From: Ignavibacteriota bacterium
GTDB taxonomy: Bacteria > Bacteroidota > Ignavibacteria > Palsa-1295
NCBI GenBank assembly: GCA_963787835.1
Contig: CAWBEI010000002.1
Location: forward strand, 1,408,001-1,472,000
DNA length: 64,000 bases
Reading direction: 5' to 3'
Part shown: positions 8,706-18,967 of the stretch, piece after piece
Numbering within the stretch: position 1 is the stretch's first letter
How the letters are laid out: each line of letters starts with the position of its first letter
The notes under the pieces: generated by a model
The model's input: only the letters and a program-made list of their open reading frames with translations
Database searches by the model: none
What the model was told of the DNA's origin: nothing
Program-made: the position numbers and the translations under genes

Positions 8706-9464
8706 ATGATTATGGTCACGAAACAGGAAGAACAGTTGAATCGGTATTTCGAGCATACGATGTCCTCATCGGAGGAGCAGAATTTTCTCATTACCGTCGC
8801 CGCCAGCGATGAAATGCGCATCGCGTTCAGGTCACAGCTCGAGCTCATGAAAGCCGTCCGGTCAGATAAGGATGCGCTGCACGCAGGGATGAGTGGTCAT
8901 CCTGTTGCGCACGTCCGCTACCGGACCCTCGCTGCGTTGGGACTCTCGGCCACCGCCGCGATGCCGCTCATGGATCAAGAGCTGGAACGCGAACCTGCCG
9001 TGCAAGCAGGAGCATCGTCGTCGATGCTAACATCGCAGGCGGCGGCGGTGGGATCGGGCTTATCCTGGCTCGGCAACATCCTCCGCGCGCCAAAGTTAGC
9101 TCTCACGGCCGGGCTTGCGCTCGGTATTCTCTCGACGACAGCGGTCGTACGGCTCACTTCGAATGAAGCCTCGCCAGTTCCGGTAGTTCAAAATGTTACG
9201 ACGACCCCATCGGTTGTTCCCATGAAAACTGCTACGAACGTCCCGCCGGAAACAATACCTGCCCCAAATGGCTTGAATAATAGCAGCCATTCCGAACGGA
9301 CGGCTGTGCATCATGCTAATACTTCTTCGGTAGGAATTTCGACACTGCCGGCATCAACAAATGCCGCTCAGAACGACATTCCTGAAGTTTCGAAGAGTAA
9401 TGTTGGCTCGATGCATACCAAGACACGTATTAATCGACAAAACGATTCGGCGGCAGCGAAATAA
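8706..9464 (+). CDS. Putative membrane-bound anti-sigma factor
   Basis: Directly after the ECF gene; N-terminal helical domain, one hydrophobic segment, S/T/P/N-rich tail. Confidence 0.65.
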   Translation: MIMVTKQEEQLNRYFEHTMSSSEEQNFLITVAASDEMRIAFRSQLELMKAVRSDKDALHAGMSGHPVAHVRYRTLAALGLSATAAMPLMDQELEREPAVQAGASSSMLTSQAAAVGSGLSWLGNILRAPKLALTAGLALGILSTTAVVRLTSNEASPVPVVQNVTTTPSVVPMKTATNVPPETIPAPNGLNNSSHSERTAVHHANTSSVGISTLPASTNAAQNDIPEVSKSNVGSMHTKTRINRQNDSAAAK

Positions 9465-9564
9465 GAATTCCCACCGGGTGATCCGGTAGAAATAACCATA
9501 CGTAGATCTCTCGCGGAATTCCCGCGAGAGTTGCCCGTTGCATTCCGAATCCTGCTTCTAAGGG

Positions 9565-11718
9565 ATGAGAAGGGTTGGGAAAAACGCAAGGATAAGCAAT
9601 TATCCGCTCTCTTGCCGCGCCTCGATATTTCGCGCGCGGGTGATGTGTGCGTTCCTTTTTGCCACAGTCTGCCTTTTCTCCAAGGGAGCATGTTTTGCAC
9701 AGGATCTGCAGCCCTCGATCTTTATCGGAGCTTCGTTCCAAAATAATCTCAGTTCCGCCTCCATCGAAGCCTATGATGGATCGGTGCTATGCGGAGTCTT
9801 CACAAGCGGCGCAAAACCTGCGGTAAGCTTCGATGGCGGTGTTATGATCCCATGGAGCAAGGAGTGGTCGCTTGTCGGGGAACTCCAATATGGCAATCTC
9901 TCGACATCATTCACGACTCCCGCACAGTCCAGCAACGCCCCTCAGATTTTCAATCCTTCTGGTGGAACTTATACTTCCGTCTATCGGGATCGGTACTATG
10001 ATGCAAGCTTGGGTATGGCATCATTATCAGCGATGGTTTCGTATGGTCTGTTCTCACACGTTCGTCTATCCGCCGGACCGTTCGTGGGATTGTTCTTGCA
10101 ACACTCGTATAACGAGACCGAGTCATTGGTTTCTCCAACACCTACGAACGCAGTTTATACCAATGGCCAGCAAACACGCACGATCTCCAGCGGCGAGATC
10201 GATCCCTTCAATACCGTTCAGTTCGGTTTGAATATCGGAGCGAGTTACGAAATGCTGTTCGAGCCACATCTCGGATTGCGTCCATCGGTAAGTGCAATGA
10301 TCCCGCTTACGGCAGTACAGAGTAGTACGTCGTGGCGCGTGTTCCCTGTCGGTGGCTCGTTAGAATTGGTCTATCATCTCTCAGAACCTCCGTCACAAGA
10401 AGTTCCTCCGCAGGAACCCTCGGCTCCTGCGCCCGCAATAGTGAGCACAAGTCCAAAGCCCCCAACACCGCCAAAACGGGCCATGCTCAGCGTTTCGGTA
10501 AAGGCATTAGGCGTGGGGGACGATGGGAAGGAAGTTTCGGAGCCGGTCATTTCCATCGAGCGAACGCATGTGACCGAAGTCTATCCCATGCTGCACTACG
10601 TCTTTTTCGACGATGGTTCTTCGGTGATACCCGAACGCTATCATCGCGAGACGGCCGCAACGCGAGGTGAATTCCACGAAAAGGATCTGTTCACAGCCAA
10701 TGCTCTTGAAATTCATCATCATGTATTGGATATTCTTGGCGAGCGCCTTTCGAACAATCCGGATGCGAGCATAACGCTCGTCGGCACACGAAGCGAGCAT
10801 TCCCCGGATGATTCCTTGCTGTGGAGCGTGATCTCGATGAACCGTGCAAAAAGCGTTCAGGATTATCTGGCTAACGTGTGGGGCATCTCTCGAGATCGGA
10901 TCCGTTTGCGCGACCGTGCATTGCCGGATGCGGCTTCGGACGACCATAATCCGTTCGGGCAAGCCGAGAACCGGAGGGTTGAAATAATTCCATCATCACC
11001 GGAGATCACCGCGCCGCTCTGGACCGAACGTATCGAGCGTGTTGCTACGCCACCCCGTATCGATTTCGAGCCGGAGATCACCGCAAGTTCCGGCATTCGC
11101 ACCGCGACGATCACCGTGTATCAGCATGGCCGTATCCTGAGAACGATCGATGCGCTTACCGATAGTTCCGGAAGCGATTATCTCTGGACGATCGACGACC
11201 GCTCCATGCCAGATGACGTTCCGAATGCGCAGGACTCACTCCTCTATGTTTTTTCCGCGATCGATAGCTCGGGCGATACCGCGCAAGCTTCTGGCGTGAT
11301 CCGTTTGCGTAAACAGACGAGCGATGTCACGCGCCATGCCGGAGATACCGTGCTCGATAAACAACTCGAGCGGTTCAGCCTCATACTATTTGATTATAGT
11401 TCTTCGCAGCTCGATAAAAAAGAATCGGAGACCATCGTGAAGGATATGGCCTCTGCGATCAAAGATCACGCACATGTGATGCTCACCGGACATACCGATA
11501 AAACCGGTGACGATGCCTTCAACGACCGCCTTGCGAGAGACCGTGTTACACGAGCAGCCCAAATGCTGGACGCCGAATTGAAGAAGCTTGGACAGAAACC
11601 ACCCCCACTCGCGATCGAGTCTCGTGGTTCGCGTGACGATCTCTTCGATAATTCGATTCCCGAAGGGCGCGTGCTTTCGCGCACGGTTCGCGCATCGGTT
11701 GAAAATGAAATGAAGTAA
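9565..11718 (+). CDS. Outer-membrane beta-barrel protein with two OmpA-like domains
   Basis: Alternating barrel strands; Pro-rich linker; VFFDDGSS...ENRRVEI and LILFDYSSS...GHTD...GRVLSRTV; true start may be downstream. Confidence 0.8.
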   Translation: MRRVGKNARISNYPLSCRASIFRARVMCAFLFATVCLFSKGACFAQDLQPSIFIGASFQNNLSSASIEAYDGSVLCGVFTSGAKPAVSFDGGVMIPWSKEWSLVGELQYGNLSTSFTTPAQSSNAPQIFNPSGGTYTSVYRDRYYDASLGMASLSAMVSYGLFSHVRLSAGPFVGLFLQHSYNETESLVSPTPTNAVYTNGQQTRTISSGEIDPFNTVQFGLNIGASYEMLFEPHLGLRPSVSAMIPLTAVQSSTSWRVFPVGGSLELVYHLSEPPSQEVPPQEPSAPAPAIVSTSPKPPTPPKRAMLSVSVKALGVGDDGKEVSEPVISIERTHVTEVYPMLHYVFFDDGSSVIPERYHRETAATRGEFHEKDLFTANALEIHHHVLDILGERLSNNPDASITLVGTRSEHSPDDSLLWSVISMNRAKSVQDYLANVWGISRDRIRLRDRALPDAASDDHNPFGQAENRRVEIIPSSPEITAPLWTERIERVATPPRIDFEPEITASSGIRTATITVYQHGRILRTIDALTDSSGSDYLWTIDDRSMPDDVPNAQDSLLYVFSAIDSSGDTAQASGVIRLRKQTSDVTRHAGDTVLDKQLERFSLILFDYSSSQLDKKESETIVKDMASAIKDHAHVMLTGHTDKTGDDAFNDRLARDRVTRAAQMLDAELKKLGQKPPPLAIESRGSRDDLFDNSIPEGRVLSRTVRASVENEMK

Positions 11719-11720
11719 CA

Positions 11721-14700
11721 GTGGCACGCATAATAAGATACGGCCCATTCGTTCGTGCGATCATATTGATCGCCGTCGGTGCATGCTGTGCACCCGCGTT
11801 GCGGGCGCAGGATTGCTCGCGAAACATGCTCACGATCAACGGCCCTAATTCTTATGTTGCAACGCCAGGTGTTGCGGCGCTCAACCTGACCAAAGGCTTT
11901 ACCATCGAGTGCTGGGCAAATGTTAGCTCCGTAACGGCTGGCGCTGCACTTGTCGATAAAGCAAGCTATGGAATTTTCCTGGAGAACGATTCGACGATCT
12001 ATGGGATGGTTCGCCACTCGACGCCGCTTGTGGATTCTGCTCCAACTATTGATTCCCCGGCAGACTGGCATCATTTTGCATTTACATTCACTCCCGGAGA
12101 CAGTATAAGATTCTATATTGACACGATGGAAGTCTCGAGTGCGCCCGCGCCCATGCCTCTTCTCGATTCCAATACGGATAGCCTGCGCATTGGAATGAGC
12201 ATATCCGGAAGCAGTTTTATAGGTTCCATCGACGAACTACGGATCTGGAACACTCCACGAACGAATGCGGCAATTGTGCAGACCCTCACGCACACAATTC
12301 CTGGCACAGATTCAGGGCTGGTACTCTATTATTCTTTTGACGATCCGGCGGGCACTACGCGCATTCATGATTTTTCCGGTCACGGGCACGATGGTTTCAT
12401 TCGCGGAACGAATGCCGAGATCGTTCCATCGAGTTCACCAATGTTGAATGCATCTCCGGGATACCAACTTGCAACGGTGGAAAAAAGTATTTCCATCGCC
12501 ACACTCCGCTGTTTTCCCTCGTTCGACACAGTGCTTCATATTAGAAATCTTGGTCCGGTGCCGATCTATGTCGATACGGTCGGCTTCCACCTTGGTATTG
12601 CTTTTTCCGTCGTTCCCAATGTTCCGTTTTGGCTCCCGGCCGATTCAAGCGTCACCGAGCCTCTGCAGTTGCATTTTGAACCCAATGCGGGCGGGGTGTT
12701 TGATGACTCCCTGTATGTGGCAAGTTCGAGCATCTGTGGTGGAAGGCTGGTGATCGGCCTGCACGCCGTCTATGATAGCGTTGGATTACTATGCTCCCCC
12801 GACACGCTTAACTTTGGGAGTTTTACACAGTGCCAACTGCCCACCACGCGAAAAATAACGCTGACGAATACCAGTGTTACCGATTCCGTGACTATTCTGG
12901 AGCTGCTTCCACCTGGCGATACGGGGTTGCATGTGTTTGCGACGTTCCCGATCCTGTTAGGGCCTGCGCAGGATACCTCACTCACGGTGGAGCTATCGAA
13001 TGGGAACCGCGGTCAACTAACGGCCGCAGTCGGGTTCCAACTCGATAAGTGCTCGCGCCAGGCAATAGTATCGATAGCAGCAATTCGCTCCCTTGCAGCA
13101 CTATCGATGCCGGACAGCATAAACTTTGGCAGCTTCCCGAGTACGGTCCAAGGCTTTTCACGCGATACCACAATCATCGTTACGAACATCGGCGATGTGC
13201 CGAATGCCATTTCGGCGATCGGCGTTGCGCCCGATAGTTTATTGGACATCCTCGATAATCGAATCGGAGTTTTTAAGTTACCAGGTGATACGCTTCAGGT
13301 GCGTGTTCGCATGCACGACACCGCCTGCGGGTTGGTGGTTGCGGGATTGAAGATTAAGAGCTATGAATGCCGCGTCGATACTGCAACTACACTTTTTCTG
13401 ACACTTACGCCGCCGCCCGTGCTTACAGCGGCTGCGGTGAACATGGGTGTTTCGTGTGCGCGGAGAGATACCACGATCGTTGTCTCCAATCCGGGCGATT
13501 ATGCTGCCCACTTGGACACAATCGTTTTTTCACAGAATTTCATTTTTAAGAATGAGGCACCCTTTCCGATGACGATTCCGGCGCACGATAGTATTCCGGT
13601 GCAAGTGCGTTTCGATCCTGTGGCCGACACGACTTTTTCGGACACCGCATATCTGGCGATGTCACCGTGTGGAACAGGGATCGCAATTTTGAAAGGTCAA
13701 TTGGGGTTCCACGGCCTTGCTTTCAATGAGCCACAACTATTATTCGGTCGCGGTTGCAAGACGGATTCCATTACCGAGCAGGATACGCTTACGAATCTTA
13801 CATCTGAAACGGTCATCTTCGGAGCCAATACCTATGCAGGGTCGCCGCGTTTTTCTGTTGTACCGCTCTCATTCCCAGTGGTTCTGCCTCCCGGCGGATC
13901 GAAGGCGATCGCGGTAACGTATGCACCGACACTTGGCGCGCTGGATACTGGGACGTTCAGTTTTCTTTCCCTCGATGGGTGTACCGCGGCATCGTTTCAC
14001 CTTCGGGGGTCGCGTGAGATCGGGCAGGCGATATGGGTAAATGATTCCGGAGAGTTTGACACCCTCTGCCCCGGAGCTTCTGTTAGCCGGACATTCATTT
14101 TGAAAGATGTTGGTTTTGATTCGATCGATGTGATGAGCGTCTCCACCAGCGGTGCCGGATTTACCGTGATGCCGCATCCGGCCACATTTGCGAATAACGG
14201 GAGCTTTACGGTAGGGTTTAGTCCAACGCATTATGGCGATCATTTTGGAATACTAACCATAGTGGTCGATAGCTGTGGTACTTCATTCTCGCTGCCACTT
14301 CATGGAATTGGTGGTCCTGAACCATCGATCGCACTGAGTGATACAGCCATCACATTCGATAGCCTGCGTGTCGGCGATTCCGCATCTTACTGCATCTCGA
14401 TCGCAAACCCAAGCTGCCAGCCGATCTCGGTTCATATTGATCTGACAGGTCCTGCTGGAACTCCCTATAAAATCAGTCAGCTTCCCAATACCAATCCGCT
14501 TGTCAATGGCGATACCGCACATCTTTGCGTACAATTCACGCCTGTGAAGCATGGAATATTCACTGCATTTATTTATATTGCTGGCGACAGCATTTCAACC
14601 AGGAAAATTGCATTGACGGGTGTCGGGCTTGCGCCGGATGTGCAATTCTCTCCATCGGTTCGGGATTTTGGATATGTTCTCACGAATAGCAGTAAAACGA

Positions 14701-16256
14701 TGATGATTTATGATTCCAACGCTGGCAATCTGGGTACGGCTATTGCTGCGTTTCATGACCAGGCGGTATTTGTGGTGCAGCCGCCGGATGCACTTGCGCC
14801 GCTCATGGCCGATTCCATCGCAGTCACGTTTAATCCTATGGCAGGAACCGGGCTTGTCTATGATACGCTGCGATTATTGTGGGATGGTCATGCCGACACG
14901 GTCATCCTCCGTGGCTATGGAACGCAAAAGGGGTTACAGTTGAGCGCTGTAGGACTTGATTTCGGGAACGTGCATGTGGGAACCGATTCCACGCTTCCAC
15001 TCTATTTGTTTGCAACAAATGATTTCCCCACGATCGATAGTATTAGTGTGATCTATGCTACTCCTGTTCCAAACGATACATTTGCAGACATGGCAAGCAG
15101 GCTTCTTCCCTATGCCATCCAAAATGACCGGGATACGCTAACGGTGGAGGTAACGTATCATGCACGACATCTACAGCTCGATACGGATTATCTCGTGATC
15201 CATTTTGGTGCAAATTTCGCAGTTGTATCTTTAACGGCAACCGGCGTGGAGGCGCTTCCGTCGAGCAATCCCGACACCCTTGAATTTTTAGGTATCATAC
15301 TTGACTCTACGGAATTTCAACAGGTTCGCATCAAGAATTCAGGTGGTTATCCGCTCTATATTAATAGCATTTCGGTTTCCGATCCTGCCTTCGTCGCAAG
15401 CCCAATTTTACCGACCGAACCCATTGCGCCCGGCGAGACACGCTATGATACCGTGACCTTCACTCCGATCCGTACACGACAGGTTATCGCTAACCTTGGT
15501 TTTCATACGTCCTATCACGATAGTGTATTAAATGTTCTGCTTATCGGTTCGGGAACATATTCTCCGAAGACAGGCCCAAGTTTTTCCTATAGCATTCCCG
15601 ATCGTGTCGAGGAACCGGGACAGAATGATTCCATTCCCGTTACCATGAACGGTATTCGGCTTTCCATGATAACCGATGACAGCCTCGTGCTCGATATTCG
15701 ATTCGATCCTTTGATGGTCATGATGTATGGAGCGGATGCCGGTACCAACGCCCAGCCCGTTTCACGATTTACGCATATTGATGATAGCACCGTCGAAGCA
15801 AGCCTTCCGATGACCACCTATAACGGTGGAACTGTGATGCGGATCTATACACAGGCTTTGCTTGGGCCGCATCCGATCTCGTATATCCATGTCGTCAATT
15901 CGGCTCCTGCTGCGGATCAACCAGAGTCTTCAACCGATGGAAGGTTCACCGTCGAGGATTGCGGCGGCCTTATCAATGGCGTCGAGTATGCCGGACCCTA
16001 TTCCACGAACGCGATCGTTCCCAATCCTGCCGGAGATAATATCTCACTCACATTCGAGATAGGATGGGAAGCTCCGGTCATGCTCGATATCTATAATGCG
16101 ATCGGGCAGACTGTGAGGCATATCGACATGGGAACTCTGAATACGGGACAGCACACCCGCGCTCTGGATATTTCAGACCTGCCACAAGGCCGGTACGTCT
16201 ATCGCCTTAAAAGCCTCGATTATCACGCCGAAGGCGCGCTGGTGGTTTTGCGGTAA
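11721..16256 (+). CDS. Large T9SS-secreted protein: LamG domain, many ASH/choice-of-anchor D Ig repeats and a CTD
   Basis: Signal peptide; FTIECW...WHHFAFT...IDELRIWN; repeated LNFG/DFG...N units; PNPA...IYNAIGQ...LPQGRYVYRL. Confidence 0.85.
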   Translation: MARIIRYGPFVRAIILIAVGACCAPALRAQDCSRNMLTINGPNSYVATPGVAALNLTKGFTIECWANVSSVTAGAALVDKASYGIFLENDSTIYGMVRHSTPLVDSAPTIDSPADWHHFAFTFTPGDSIRFYIDTMEVSSAPAPMPLLDSNTDSLRIGMSISGSSFIGSIDELRIWNTPRTNAAIVQTLTHTIPGTDSGLVLYYSFDDPAGTTRIHDFSGHGHDGFIRGTNAEIVPSSSPMLNASPGYQLATVEKSISIATLRCFPSFDTVLHIRNLGPVPIYVDTVGFHLGIAFSVVPNVPFWLPADSSVTEPLQLHFEPNAGGVFDDSLYVASSSICGGRLVIGLHAVYDSVGLLCSPDTLNFGSFTQCQLPTTRKITLTNTSVTDSVTILELLPPGDTGLHVFATFPILLGPAQDTSLTVELSNGNRGQLTAAVGFQLDKCSRQAIVSIAAIRSLAALSMPDSINFGSFPSTVQGFSRDTTIIVTNIGDVPNAISAIGVAPDSLLDILDNRIGVFKLPGDTLQVRVRMHDTACGLVVAGLKIKSYECRVDTATTLFLTLTPPPVLTAAAVNMGVSCARRDTTIVVSNPGDYAAHLDTIVFSQNFIFKNEAPFPMTIPAHDSIPVQVRFDPVADTTFSDTAYLAMSPCGTGIAILKGQLGFHGLAFNEPQLLFGRGCKTDSITEQDTLTNLTSETVIFGANTYAGSPRFSVVPLSFPVVLPPGGSKAIAVTYAPTLGALDTGTFSFLSLDGCTAASFHLRGSREIGQAIWVNDSGEFDTLCPGASVSRTFILKDVGFDSIDVMSVSTSGAGFTVMPHPATFANNGSFTVGFSPTHYGDHFGILTIVVDSCGTSFSLPLHGIGGPEPSIALSDTAITFDSLRVGDSASYCISIANPSCQPISVHIDLTGPAGTPYKISQLPNTNPLVNGDTAHLCVQFTPVKHGIFTAFIYIAGDSISTRKIALTGVGLAPDVQFSPSVRDFGYVLTNSSKTMMIYDSNAGNLGTAIAAFHDQAVFVVQPPDALAPLMADSIAVTFNPMAGTGLVYDTLRLLWDGHADTVILRGYGTQKGLQLSAVGLDFGNVHVGTDSTLPLYLFATNDFPTIDSISVIYATPVPNDTFADMASRLLPYAIQNDRDTLTVEVTYHARHLQLDTDYLVIHFGANFAVVSLTATGVEALPSSNPDTLEFLGIILDSTEFQQVRIKNSGGYPLYINSISVSDPAFVASPILPTEPIAPGETRYDTVTFTPIRTRQVIANLGFHTSYHDSVLNVLLIGSGTYSPKTGPSFSYSIPDRVEEPGQNDSIPVTMNGIRLSMITDDSLVLDIRFDPLMVMMYGADAGTNAQPVSRFTHIDDSTVEASLPMTTYNGGTVMRIYTQALLGPHPISYIHVVNSAPAADQPESSTDGRFTVEDCGGLINGVEYAGPYSTNAIVPNPAGDNISLTFEIGWEAPVMLDIYNAIGQTVRHIDMGTLNTGQHTRALDISDLPQGRYVYRLKSLDYHAEGALVVLR

Positions 16257-16280
16257 GTATAGTGAGGGTCTCATAACATT

Positions 16281-17393
16281 TCAGATCTCAATACTTAGCA
16301 GTGTAGGTTTTTCCTGTAATTCCGCCAGTGCCAATTGTCCGCAGGCTGCTTCAATGTCCTTCCCGGAACTGGTGCGCACGAGCGCGGTAACGCCGGCATC
16401 TTTTAGTAAAGAGATGAAGCGTCCGAATGCCGCTTGGCTGGCCGGACGTAGTTCTGCCGCAAATCCGGTTGGATGTGTGAAGTCTATCGGATGAAAGGGA
16501 ATGATGTTCACGCGGCTGGGAACGCGGCGCGCGATCTTCGCCAAACGTGCGGCATCGGCAGGGGAGTCATTTAGGCCATCGAAGAGAATATATTCGTATG
16601 TTACCGGACGGCCAGTGATCTTGTAATATTCCTCCATCGCGGAAAGCACCTCTTCCAATGGGTACCGTTTGTTGATGGGCATGAGGCGTGTACGGAGCGC
16701 ATTCGTTGTTGCATGAAGGCTGAGAGCGAGCTTTACATTGAGTCCTTCATTGGCGAAATTTCTGATGGCCTCCGGAATGCCGCTGGTGGAAACCGTTACG
16801 CGTCGGGAGACGAGCATCTCCGTTTTGGGATCTGTAATGATGCGAAGCGCTCGAACGAGATTCTCATAATTCAACATCGGTTCGCCCATCCCCATGAAGA
16901 CCAAATTGGTAATAGATTCGCTTGTAATTTTTTCGACCTCGAAAATCTGTAACAGAATTTCGGCTGTCGTCAGATTTCGCTTGAGTTTCAGTGAGGCCGT
17001 TGCGCAAAATTTGCAATCGAGCGGGCATCCGACTTGCGTAGAAACGCAAAGGGTCCGCCGGGGATCGCGCTCGCCACGCATTTCGCTTGGAATAAGCACC
17101 GTTTCGATCGACCGGCCATCTTCCAGACCGAACAGAAATTTTCTCGTTCCATCCGAACTTTCGGACACATGCTGTAAGATGAGCGAAGGAATGCTGAATC
17201 GCGCCTCAAGCTCGATTCGCAGGTTTTTCGGGAGATTGGTCATCTCCGAAAAGGCCCGGGCACGGCTTGCGTAGAGCCAATCATAGAGCTGATCTGCGCG
17301 AAATTGCTCAGAAACGCCGAGTTCTTCGCGCAGAAGCCCCCTTAGCTCCTCGCGTGAACGGCCAAAAAAGCCCGGTACAGATTCCTTGCGCAT
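16281..17393 (-). CDS. rlmN: 23S rRNA/tRNA m2A methyltransferase
   Basis: CVSTQVGCPLDCKFCAT, VFMGMGEP, DIEAACGQL. Confidence 0.97.
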   Translation of the reverse strand: MRKESVPGFFGRSREELRGLLREELGVSEQFRADQLYDWLYASRARAFSEMTNLPKNLRIELEARFSIPSLILQHVSESSDGTRKFLFGLEDGRSIETVLIPSEMRGERDPRRTLCVSTQVGCPLDCKFCATASLKLKRNLTTAEILLQIFEVEKITSESITNLVFMGMGEPMLNYENLVRALRIITDPKTEMLVSRRVTVSTSGIPEAIRNFANEGLNVKLALSLHATTNALRTRLMPINKRYPLEEVLSAMEEYYKITGRPVTYEYILFDGLNDSPADAARLAKIARRVPSRVNIIPFHPIDFTHPTGFAAELRPASQAAFGRFISLLKDAGVTALVRTSSGKDIEAACGQLALAELQEKPTLLSIEI

Positions 17394-17594
17394 AAAGGCA
17401 CAACAGAGATTCCATCTGGCAATTCCCGGCAATGTACCAGGGTCAGGCCAATAGGGTGCAACAACTCAGATATTTTGTCATTCATGAATATTTGGCACTT
17501 TTTATGATTTCGAACTCATTTGGAGGTATATTGTGTATATTATAGACTGAAAATATGCCGGTCAACTTCCGGTTAGACGAGGGCAGGTGTCAGA

Positions 17595-18605
17595 ATGGCA
17601 ATGGCATTTGAAAAAGATCCACACACGATGAGCGATCATGGCATGGGCACTCATGCCGGCATGAGTGCTCATCCACAGACGCTGGATCGAGCGGAAGCTG
17701 CGGGGATTGATTCCGTTGCCGGAGGGCCGCTTGCCCCTCATCCAATTTCGGAACCGTCGGAAACCCGAACGGCTCGTGTTATCACCACGAGGCCACACGT
17801 TGCCCTCAGCGATCAGGAACTGCGCGCACGTGTGCAATGGGGTCACCGCGCAAGCCCGCACTTTCAACTTGATTACGACCGAACCGCCTTTAACGACGAC
17901 CGCGTCGCGACGCTGATCGAATCCCTCGAGATCGCCTACACGCTGATCTTTCATTTCACGCACGAATCGTTTGCAGACCGGTTCCATGTCTATGCCATCG
18001 ATCAACGGGCAACCGGTTTGCTTGGGCGCAGCGTGTGTCCACATTTCAATCTTGAGGAGCGCGCCTTCTATCTGGTCGAGAGCGGCGCGAGAAATATCCA
18101 CTCTGAATTAGGAGGGCTTCTGACCCATGCGATGCGCCTTTCGCGGTACGCACGGCATTATAATTCCACACCAGGCTGGGCAGTGCTGGAAGAAGGCTTC
18201 GGGATCTTTTTAAGCGAGCGTCTTTCGACGCAGCCGGATATTTTCCCATTCTATGGCGCCGAGCCGGACCTTATCGCGCATCACCTCTATCATAAGCATG
18301 TCTGGAAATTACCGGAGATATGGAACACTGCGCCCGGTATGCTTCGCACCGAGCAGCGTATTCTTGCGGGAGCGTTTATGCTCTATCTTGGCGATACCTT
18401 CAGTGACGACCGCGTGGTTACGTTCTCCAAGAGTAACGATGAGATCACCGATGAAACGTTTCGTACCTTTTTCGGCGGGTCGCTGACGAGTCTTGAAGCT
18501 GCGTGGGTGCAGCATCTTCCGCTTTCACTGGTGGCACTTACCGAAGAGGAGCGAAACGCCACGCTCCAGCATTGGGACCGCGCGATCGAATCGCACGGAC
18601 ATTGA
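17595..18605 (+). CDS. Hypothetical protein; peptidase MA/gluzincin-like with a degenerate zinc motif
   Basis: GLLTH at the HExxH position, followed by WAVLEEGFG. Confidence 0.5.
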   Translation: MAMAFEKDPHTMSDHGMGTHAGMSAHPQTLDRAEAAGIDSVAGGPLAPHPISEPSETRTARVITTRPHVALSDQELRARVQWGHRASPHFQLDYDRTAFNDDRVATLIESLEIAYTLIFHFTHESFADRFHVYAIDQRATGLLGRSVCPHFNLEERAFYLVESGARNIHSELGGLLTHAMRLSRYARHYNSTPGWAVLEEGFGIFLSERLSTQPDIFPFYGAEPDLIAHHLYHKHVWKLPEIWNTAPGMLRTEQRILAGAFMLYLGDTFSDDRVVTFSKSNDEITDETFRTFFGGSLTSLEAAWVQHLPLSLVALTEEERNATLQHWDRAIESHGH

Positions 18606-18606
18606 T

Positions 18607-18966
18607 TTACAGAAGATCTTCGAATTCGTCATCGTCCTCCACGGATGGAACTGCGGTGATTTTTACTTCTGTTGCCAGCACTTTGGGAACGAGGAAATAA
18701 CCGTCAGCGGCCTTAGGTGCGTTACGCAGCGCATCCTCGACGGGAAGGCAATCCCGCTCTACATCGGCACGTAACCCAGGTGAGCCATGCTCGAACGCCT
18801 CGTTCAAATTTGCCAGTGGCTCGACGTTCGTTACATCCAGCTCCTTAAGCTGATCGATATATCCTAAAATAGAATTTAATTCGCCGGTAAGCGATTCCAG
18901 TTCGCTCGGAGCGAATTCCAGCTTTGCAAGATCGGCAACTTTTTGTACTTCTTCTTTGGTAACCAT
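18607..18966 (-). CDS. gatC: Asp/Glu-tRNA amidotransferase subunit C
   Basis: VADLAKLEF, LDVTNVEP, LRAD, NAP, YFLVPKV. Confidence 0.95.
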   Translation of the reverse strand: MVTKEEVQKVADLAKLEFAPSELESLTGELNSILGYIDQLKELDVTNVEPLANLNEAFEHGSPGLRADVERDCLPVEDALRNAPKAADGYFLVPKVLATEVKITAVPSVEDDDEFEDLL

Positions 18967-18967
18967 A

